From Fidelibacterota bacterium (lineage in GTDB: Bacteria > Fidelibacterota > Marinisomatia > Marinisomatales > UBA2128): a stretch of DNA of 21,114 bases. Within the stretch, counting starts at the first letter, position 1, and each line of letters starts with the position of its first letter. The notes below the pieces were generated by a model. It was not told the origin of the DNA. It saw only the letters and a list, made by a program, of their open reading frames with translations, and made no database searches. The translations under genes were made by a program, and so were the position numbers. The stretch covers positions 1-21,114 of the forward strand of contig JBHHUM010000035.1 of NCBI GenBank assembly GCA_046861645.1, in the 5' to 3' direction. Of the stretch, positions 1 to 6,645 are shown in pieces.

Positions 1-9
1 ACAGGGAGG

Positions 10-107
10 TTATAGACATTTGACTCCTGACGGAGTCTTTAAATATGAATAGAAATCCCGTAGGCTTACAGTCCCGTACTTCATGTCGGGAGATTGTATG
101 TCTATAA
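10..107. repeat. Inverted pair of REP-like palindromic elements (REPIN-like doublet); the right copy is interrupted by a 27-bp hairpin insert
   Basis: TTATAGACAT (10-19) and its reverse complement ATGTCTATAA (98-107). Each is separated by 2 nt from a 6-bp hairpin: GACTCC-tgac-GGAGTC (22-37), and AATCCC-gta-GGGATT once 65-91 is removed. Confidence 0.6.
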
Positions 108-129
108 AGGCACTGAACACGGTAAACAC

Positions 130-156
130 GAACTCCGTCGGAGTTCCACAGGGTAG
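130..156. repeat. Short palindrome GAACTCCG-T-CGGAGTTC followed by CACAGGGTAG; REP-like
   Basis: Perfect 8-bp inverted repeat at 130-146. The ACAGGG tail at 148-153 recurs at window positions 1-6. Confidence 0.45.
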
Positions 157-210
157 TGTAAACAACATGCAAATCAGTTTATCTTTAGAACATAGCCTAA
201 TTTTTCAATA

Positions 211-243
211 ATTAAAGAGGGTCGGTTGACCGACCCTCTTAAA
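211..243 (-). terminator. Rho-independent terminator downstream of the HMA gene
   Basis: Perfect inverted repeat AAGAGGGTCGGT (215-226) / ACCGACCCTCTT (229-240) with A/T-rich flanks, 25 nt past the stop codon at 266. Confidence 0.8.
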
Positions 244-265
244 CTCACAAATCAGTTATTCTTCG

Positions 266-658
266 TCAGATTGACTTAGTTTTCTTGTTATTACAGCATG
301 CTTTAAGCTTGCTGCAGCTCTTCTTGGATTCAGTCTTTTTCTCTAATTCACAATGGTCAAAAGCCGCCTTGATATCATCTGCAGAGTAGCCAATCTTAGT
401 GATAGCTGTCCTAATATCATCCAGCTTCAAAACTTCGTTGTTAAAGGTTACATCTGCTGAACCTCTCTTAAGATCAACGACTGCTTTATCCAATCCATCA
501 AGTTTTAGCAAGGCCGATTGAATCCGATCAACACAATCGTTACATCTCATTCCACTGATCTTTATTACGGCAGATTCAGCCTGAATAGGTTGAGCTACAC
601 TGCCGAATATCAAGACAAGTGCAATTCCTAAAATGACAATAAAAGATAATTTCTTCAT
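266..658 (-). CDS. Secreted heavy-metal-associated (HMA) domain protein, MerP/CopZ-like, with a Cys/Lys-rich tail
   Basis: Sec signal peptide (MKK, hydrophobic core, IQA|E), GMRCNDC metal-binding motif, terminal 'IGYSA' typical of HMA domains, GGAGG RBS upstream. Confidence 0.85.
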   Translation of the reverse strand: MKKLSFIVILGIALVLIFGSVAQPIQAESAVIKISGMRCNDCVDRIQSALLKLDGLDKAVVDLKRGSADVTFNNEVLKLDDIRTAITKIGYSADDIKAAFDHCELEKKTESKKSCSKLKACCNNKKTKSI

Positions 659-683
659 CGTGTTACCTCCATTAATAATATCA

Positions 684-712
684 AATTTAAATCACCTGTT
701 AGTTGGATGCAA
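684..712 (-). promoter_or_regulatory. Candidate sigma70 promoter for the HMA gene
   Basis: Minus strand: TTGCAT (712-707), 17 nt, TAAATT (689-684), then GGAGG RBS and ATG. Confidence 0.5.
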
Positions 713-734
713 GTTTGTAACCCTAGGATTCAAA

Positions 735-2015
735 TTAATTTACTAGAAATTCCTTAGCCATCTTTTCCCCTTCAGTGATATCAACCTTTCGTAGAAGGTA
801 CCAACCTATGGCAAATAGAATCAGGATAGATAGGATTCCAAGACGGGCATCCCCTGTCAAAATTGTTACCGAACCCATGAGCAATGGACCCAACACTGCT
901 GCGAATTTTCCCAACATATTAAAAAAACCAAAGAATTCGGCTGATTTCTCCACAGGTATCAATCTTGTATATAGACTACGACTTAAAGCCTGAATACCAC
1001 CCTGGAAAAGACCCACTAATATTGCCAAAACATAAAAATGAAGTTCTGTCCTCATAAAGTAACCCAGTAAAGTGATAAATCCATAAGCCATAATTGCAAT
1101 TTCCACAGCCAGTTTTGTTCCGATTCGTGAAGCAAACCAGTTATACAATAGAGCCGCAGGAAAGGCCACAAATTGAACAATGAGCAAGGCAGTTATTAAA
1201 GCGCTGTCATCAAATTGTAGGGACTTCCCATAATCGACAGCCATTTTTACAATGGTATCCACACCATCGATATAAAACCAGTAAGCAAGGAGAAAAAGTC
1301 CCACTACTTTCAGATACTTGATGTCCCGGAGAGTGTCCTGAAGTTGTCTCCAACCGAGAGGAAATGCCTTAAGAATTGAAGTCTTCTCATAGATTACCGG
1401 TTCACGTACAAACAACAGTACCGGCAGGGAAAAAACAGCCCACCAGATAGCAACCGAAACAAAGGCTAACTTGATAGCAGCAGCGCCATCACTGATACCA
1501 AATTTCTCCGGATGCAGGTACATTAAAACATTCACTAAAAAAAGCAGGCCCCCGCCAATATACCCCAGTGCAAATCCCAGTGAAGAGGCATAATCCACCT
1601 TGGATTTATCTGCAATTCCCGGCAGTAGAGAATCATAAAATATATTACCTCCCGCAAAACCGATAGACGCTACCACATAAAAGAGGACAGCCATCTGCCA
1701 GTACCCTTGAGCTACCAACCATAGACCGCCTGTCATAATGATACCCAGAAATGCAAATATGAAGAGAAACTTTTTTTTAGCCGTACCCCGGTCTGCTATC
1801 GCTCCGAGGAAGGGAGCCAAAGCAGCAACAATTATTGAAGCAAGGGAGTTAGCTAAACCAAGATAAAATGTACTCTCTTCAGGATTAGCCGGGTCAGCCC
1901 AGTATGCTTTGAAAAAGAGGGGGAAAAAACCTGCCATGACTGTCGTGGCAAAGGCAGAATTAGCCCAGTCGTACATGGCCCAGCTCCAGATGGTTTTTCT
2001 GGAGCCATTTATCAT
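735..2015 (-). CDS. MFS transporter, UMF1/Atg22-like family
   Basis: N-terminal WAMYDWANSAF, GAIAD, FYDSLLP, SSLGFALGYIGG, GGIQALSRS and EFFGFFNMLGKFAAVLGP motifs; about 12 hydrophobic segments. Start overlaps the upstream stop (TAATG). Confidence 0.85.
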   Translation of the reverse strand: MINGSRKTIWSWAMYDWANSAFATTVMAGFFPLFFKAYWADPANPEESTFYLGLANSLASIIVAALAPFLGAIADRGTAKKKFLFIFAFLGIIMTGGLWLVAQGYWQMAVLFYVVASIGFAGGNIFYDSLLPGIADKSKVDYASSLGFALGYIGGGLLFLVNVLMYLHPEKFGISDGAAAIKLAFVSVAIWWAVFSLPVLLFVREPVIYEKTSILKAFPLGWRQLQDTLRDIKYLKVVGLFLLAYWFYIDGVDTIVKMAVDYGKSLQFDDSALITALLIVQFVAFPAALLYNWFASRIGTKLAVEIAIMAYGFITLLGYFMRTELHFYVLAILVGLFQGGIQALSRSLYTRLIPVEKSAEFFGFFNMLGKFAAVLGPLLMGSVTILTGDARLGILSILILFAIGWYLLRKVDITEGEKMAKEFLVN

Positions 2016-3916
2016 TATTCTACTCCCTTCATGGTAACATCCATCCTTCTAATCACAAAATAGAACGCAATTCCAGCCGTAAAAACGAAGATGACCCCCA
2101 ACGATATATCTCCAAAGATCAGCTTACCAATCCCAAATAGAAAGCCCCAGACTACAACTGCACCTAGTGTTACATTCAGAAATGCTGGTAGCAGAGATTC
2201 AGATTCTATATCGGTAAATAATTTCCATCCGGGACCTCCCGGCTGCACCCGTAGGTAGAATTGCTGTAAAGTTTCAGTTTTCTCAGGATCAGTAAGGAAA
2301 GTAGTGATAAGCCAGATAACGGTCGTAAAAATGGTTGTAAAGATCATTTTTTCAGCAAAACCGCTGAAACCAAGGGATCCTGAAATAGAAGCTCCCACAA
2401 AGGCTGCTGTCATGGCTGAAATTTCACTCCAAGCATTAATTCGCCACCAGAACCAACGCAACATATACACTAATCCAGTACCTGCCCCCAGGGAAAGGAT
2501 CATTTCCCAACCCCCTTTAACACTTTCAAAAAAATAGGAAACTAAGATGGCAGCCATAGCCATCAAAATGATGGACAGACGGGAAACCAGAACGTAATGC
2601 TTCTCGGCAGATTCAGGAGAGTCAAACTTATTCCTTGGCTTCACAAATCTGATATAAAAGTCGTTCACCACATAGGAAGCTCCCCAATTGAGATGGGTGG
2701 AAACAGTGGACATAAAGGCTGAAATAAATGCCACTAACAGGAGTCCAAAGAGTCCCGGTTTCAATAAAGTCTTCATCAAGTAAGGGTATCCTTTTTCCCT
2801 ATCCGTTGCCACAAGGGTAGTACCTTTTTCAAACTTTTCGCCCTGAGTTACCTTGGATTCAGAAAACCAGCCGTCTAGTAGTTCTTCAATAGAAATATCT
2901 TCCAGTTCTCCGTTATCGTACTGGACAATAACGCTGTTTCCATCCACCTCCTGGACTATACCCGACTGCTGCGCCTTTTCGGTGACCTGAGGCAGAATGA
3001 CCAGGGAGACAAGTCCCACGAGAATCCATGGCCAGGGGCGTAAGGCGTAATGGGCAATATTAAAAAAAAGTGTAGCTTTTACGGCTTCTTTTTCATTTCT
3101 AGTGGAAAACATCCGTTGAGCGATGTAGCCACCCCCCCCTGGCTCTGCACCCGGATACCACGACACCCACCACTGCATCCCAATCCACACCAGTACAGTG
3201 CTGATCATGAGTGTAGGGTGATTAATAGGGGAAAATTGGATATAGGAATGACTTTCTCCAAAAGTTTCAACGAGTTTCTCCATAAGACCAGATACACCAT
3301 CTGTTTTTCCTAATGCTGCCACCATCAAAATAATTGATCCAGCCATAGCAACCATGAATTGCAGGAAATCAGTCACCACTACCCCCCACAAACCAGACAG
3401 GGTAATGTACACAGCTGTCATTCCATAGAGGATCAGAATAGTTTGCCAGGGTTCCACTCCCGTAACGACCTGTAGTACTTTTGACATACCAAGGGTTACC
3501 CATCCGAGGATTACACAATTTATAGGAAAAGCCAGATATATAGCCCGGAAACCTCTTAGTATGGAAGCCGGTTTACCTCCATAACGTATCTCAATAAATT
3601 CAACATCCGTCATCACCCCTGCCCGGTGCCACAGTCGGGCAAAGAAGAACACGGTGAACATCCCGGAAAGGACAAAATTCCACCAGATCCAGTTACCAGC
3701 AATACCATCCGAAGCCACGATACCGGTCACAGCTAAGGGCGTATCTGCAGCAAATGTCGTAGCCACCATGGATACTCCTGCTAACCACCATGGGATACTG
3801 CGTCCAGCTACAAAATACTCAGAGATATTCTGCCCGGCCCGCTTCATAAAGTACAGACCAATCCCCATGGCTATGAGGAAATATACCACTATTACAATCC
3901 AGTCAAGTGTTACCAT
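2015..3916 (-). CDS. Sodium:solute symporter (SSS/SLC5 family) with a large loop insertion
   Basis: EYFVAGRSIPWW, SMVATTFAADTP, GGGGYIAQRMFS and Na-site-like AFMSTVST motifs; many transmembrane segments; GGAG RBS. Confidence 0.88.
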   Translation of the reverse strand: MVTLDWIVIVVYFLIAMGIGLYFMKRAGQNISEYFVAGRSIPWWLAGVSMVATTFAADTPLAVTGIVASDGIAGNWIWWNFVLSGMFTVFFFARLWHRAGVMTDVEFIEIRYGGKPASILRGFRAIYLAFPINCVILGWVTLGMSKVLQVVTGVEPWQTILILYGMTAVYITLSGLWGVVVTDFLQFMVAMAGSIILMVAALGKTDGVSGLMEKLVETFGESHSYIQFSPINHPTLMISTVLVWIGMQWWVSWYPGAEPGGGGYIAQRMFSTRNEKEAVKATLFFNIAHYALRPWPWILVGLVSLVILPQVTEKAQQSGIVQEVDGNSVIVQYDNGELEDISIEELLDGWFSESKVTQGEKFEKGTTLVATDREKGYPYLMKTLLKPGLFGLLLVAFISAFMSTVSTHLNWGASYVVNDFYIRFVKPRNKFDSPESAEKHYVLVSRLSIILMAMAAILVSYFFESVKGGWEMILSLGAGTGLVYMLRWFWWRINAWSEISAMTAAFVGASISGSLGFSGFAEKMIFTTIFTTVIWLITTFLTDPEKTETLQQFYLRVQPGGPGWKLFTDIESESLLPAFLNVTLGAVVVWGFLFGIGKLIFGDISLGVIFVFTAGIAFYFVIRRMDVTMKGVE

Positions 3917-3925
3917 AGTTTCTCC

Positions 3926-5221
3926 CTAGTAAAGTAGAAATTTCTTTCGGAATTGGCTGAATCGGATTATGTCATGAGTCCATGTTGCAGACAGTTTAGC
4001 TGGATCCCGGTGCTGGGCCAGGAAAATTCGTAAGTAATCGTGTCCAAAGAGTTTATCAACATAGAAATTACCCGTCCATCGAAATTCATTGGGATAACTA
4101 CCAGAAATAATGGATAAAATAGTACTAGCAGTCAGGAGTGGATCAAACTTGTTCCAGTCAGTAACATTAATTTTAAGGCCATCACACACTTCACCACGAA
4201 AAACAGGTGATGGTAGATAGGGATTAAGAGAATCTGGGGTAAAAGTACCGGCTTCAAATTGGACACCAGGAAGCCAAATTATCTTTAATGTATTCAGAAT
4301 GGCTGTAGCGGAAAACCAGGGAGCTCCAACGAGAAAATAGGGATTATCGGTACCTAATCCAATAGAGAGGTTAGTACCTTGCAACAGTCCCATCCCTTCA
4401 TAAATCCTTAACGTTTCAAAATCCGGGATACCTGGTGCAGGAGGAATCCATGGCAGCTCTGTATCTGGAAAAACCATTCTACGTACCCATCCTATCAGGG
4501 GAATAACCTCAAGATTCACCCGTTGCGCCTGACGAGTCCATCCGGTTTCATTAATCATAATGGCAAACTCTCCCACAGTTAAACCGTGACGAATAGGAAC
4601 CAGATGATAACCGACAAAGGATTGGTATTTAGGCCGTACTATGGGGCCATCAATCTTAACACCACCCAGGGGATTGGGACGATCCAGGACCATTACTGGT
4701 ATTTCAGCAATAGCTGCAGCTTCCATCATCTTCGTTATCGTGGTCATAAAACTGAAATAGCGCAAACCTGGATCCTGGATGTCAATAAGAATTAAATCGA
4801 CACCATATAGATCAAGATTATCAGGTCTGAATCTGTGACCCCATAAATGTTTAATAGGGGCATCAAATCGCGGATCCTTACCACCTGCTGGTAATTGGAA
4901 TACATCTTCCGAGAAAGAAAAAATACCGTATTGTGGTGTAAAGATGACTTTTACAGATAGACTATCCTGATATTGAGCGAGAAGATCTAAAAGATGTATA
5001 CCCTTTCTATTAATAGAAGTTTGATTGGTCAGTACTGCCAGGGTCTTTCCATATAAGGGTTGAAACGAAAGTTCTTCCAGCACATCGAGCCCGGTTAGTA
5101 CCTGCTGTACAAAGCCGGTTTCTGGTAAAGGAAAAACTTTTGAATACTCGTACTTTTGAGAATAAGAAACAGAGTTTAAGAAAGCTATTATTAAGATTAC
5201 CAGGAAAACTTTAAGTTTCAC
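3926..5221 (-). CDS. DUF1343 / NamZ (exo-beta-N-acetylmuramidase, GH171)-like secreted protein; conserved glutamates appear substituted
   Basis: TGLDVL, TNQT, DIQD, VLDRPNPLGG, PIRHGLTVGE, GAPW, DKLFG and terminal FLLY match the DUF1343 pattern. N-terminal signal peptide; GTG start. Confidence 0.85.
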   Translation of the reverse strand: MKLKVFLVILIIAFLNSVSYSQKYEYSKVFPLPETGFVQQVLTGLDVLEELSFQPLYGKTLAVLTNQTSINRKGIHLLDLLAQYQDSLSVKVIFTPQYGIFSFSEDVFQLPAGGKDPRFDAPIKHLWGHRFRPDNLDLYGVDLILIDIQDPGLRYFSFMTTITKMMEAAAIAEIPVMVLDRPNPLGGVKIDGPIVRPKYQSFVGYHLVPIRHGLTVGEFAIMINETGWTRQAQRVNLEVIPLIGWVRRMVFPDTELPWIPPAPGIPDFETLRIYEGMGLLQGTNLSIGLGTDNPYFLVGAPWFSATAILNTLKIIWLPGVQFEAGTFTPDSLNPYLPSPVFRGEVCDGLKINVTDWNKFDPLLTASTILSIISGSYPNEFRWTGNFYVDKLFGHDYLRIFLAQHRDPAKLSATWTHDIIRFSQFRKKFLLY

Positions 5222-6638
5222 CTGAAGTCCTTATTTCTTCAAATCCTTTTGAGGCAAAAACCATGGATATTAAACCAATTGCAGTAAACAGTGGCCACGC
5301 TACAGATGTAAATCTCACTACGGCAATCATCACAACTAATGCCATAATAAAACCAAAAGTAACACTATTACGGTGGATATCTGGGGCTTTACGGCCTAAA
5401 TAGAAAAATCCTAACAGACCTCCATAAGTAAAAGAAGCGATAGACAAACCTACTTCTACTAGAGGGGTTTCTTTGGATGTGAACAACATTGCTCCCCCTA
5501 CCAATACCATAGCCCAAAATATTGACAAAAGTCGTGACATGGACACATTATATCTATCAGGGCGATTCTTTTTAAGCCAGTCGGTCATCGTGGAAGATGC
5601 CAAAGCGTTGATAGAGGAACTTAGTGTGGACATGGCAGCTGAAAAGATACCAGCAACAATAAACCCAGCTAGACCAGCCGGTAAATAATCTATGATGAAA
5701 GTAGAAAATACCTCGTCTGACTTCATACTACGCCCTCCAAAAAAGACCCAAATTCCAGCTCCAATCACCAGGAAAATAGCAAACTGAATAAAAGCCAAAA
5801 TGCCACTCCCAACCAGAGCTTTTTGTGCGCCTTTAATATTCTTGCATGAAAGTAAACGCTGAACCATCAGGTGATCTGTTCCGTGGGAGGCCATAGAGAG
5901 AATCATCCCACCAATTACAGCCGTTAGGAACTGGTAAGGATAAGCAATGATCTCATCGAAGCCACTATCAAAGGAAAAATGAATCATCGTTAACTTCCCT
6001 TTTTCCCCAGCTTCAATAAGTATTGTAGTCCAGCCACCATCCACCAGACCATTCAAAACTATAAAAACGGAAATAGCGCCTAACAGGTAAATACCAAATT
6101 GGATGGAGTCGGCCCAAATCACAGAGCGGATACCTCCTATCAGAGTATAAAAAAGGGTAAAAAGCCCAATGATGGCGATAGAGAGAGGATACGACCACCC
6201 CGTAATGATGGAGAGAGGAATAGCCGTCATAAAAAGGCGAACACCATCAGCAAGAATGCGCGTCCCCAGGAAAACCAGTGAAGCAAACCGCTGTACAAAA
6301 GATCCCCACCTGTTCCTGATAAATTCGTAAGTCGACTCTATCCCTTCCTCAAAGTAATGGGGAAGTAGCGCTTTAGCGATAAACCACCGGCCAATGATAT
6401 ATCCCAAAGCTAACTGCAAAAAGCCCAGATCTGTCTTGTATGCCAAACCGGGAATGGAGAGAAAAGTTAATACAGAGGTTTCTGTGGCAACCACAGAGAA
6501 CATCACCATCCACCAAGGTAGATTCCGGTCTCCAAGGAAAAAACTGGAGGCTGAGGTCTGCTTCCTGCCAGCCCAGGCGGCGATTAAAGTCACCAGGATC
6601 AGGTAAGTAAAAAGAACTATGAAATCAGCTTGCTGCAA
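5211..6638 (-). CDS. Sodium:solute symporter (SSS family), putative amino-sugar/PG-fragment uptake
   Basis: FFLGDRNLPWW, SVVATETS, GGIRSVIWAD, SHGTDHLMVQRLL and AAMSTLSSSINALAS motifs; TTG start. Substrate is inferred from gene context. Confidence 0.88.
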   Translation of the reverse strand: MQQADFIVLFTYLILVTLIAAWAGRKQTSASSFFLGDRNLPWWMVMFSVVATETSVLTFLSIPGLAYKTDLGFLQLALGYIIGRWFIAKALLPHYFEEGIESTYEFIRNRWGSFVQRFASLVFLGTRILADGVRLFMTAIPLSIITGWSYPLSIAIIGLFTLFYTLIGGIRSVIWADSIQFGIYLLGAISVFIVLNGLVDGGWTTILIEAGEKGKLTMIHFSFDSGFDEIIAYPYQFLTAVIGGMILSMASHGTDHLMVQRLLSCKNIKGAQKALVGSGILAFIQFAIFLVIGAGIWVFFGGRSMKSDEVFSTFIIDYLPAGLAGFIVAGIFSAAMSTLSSSINALASSTMTDWLKKNRPDRYNVSMSRLLSIFWAMVLVGGAMLFTSKETPLVEVGLSIASFTYGGLLGFFYLGRKAPDIHRNSVTFGFIMALVVMIAVVRFTSVAWPLFTAIGLISMVFASKGFEEIRTSGET

Positions 6639-6645
6639 TAATCTA

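Noticed and set aside
1..170. CRISPR array or tRNA
   Set aside because: No identical direct repeats with regular spacers and no cloverleaf; the hairpins differ from each other.
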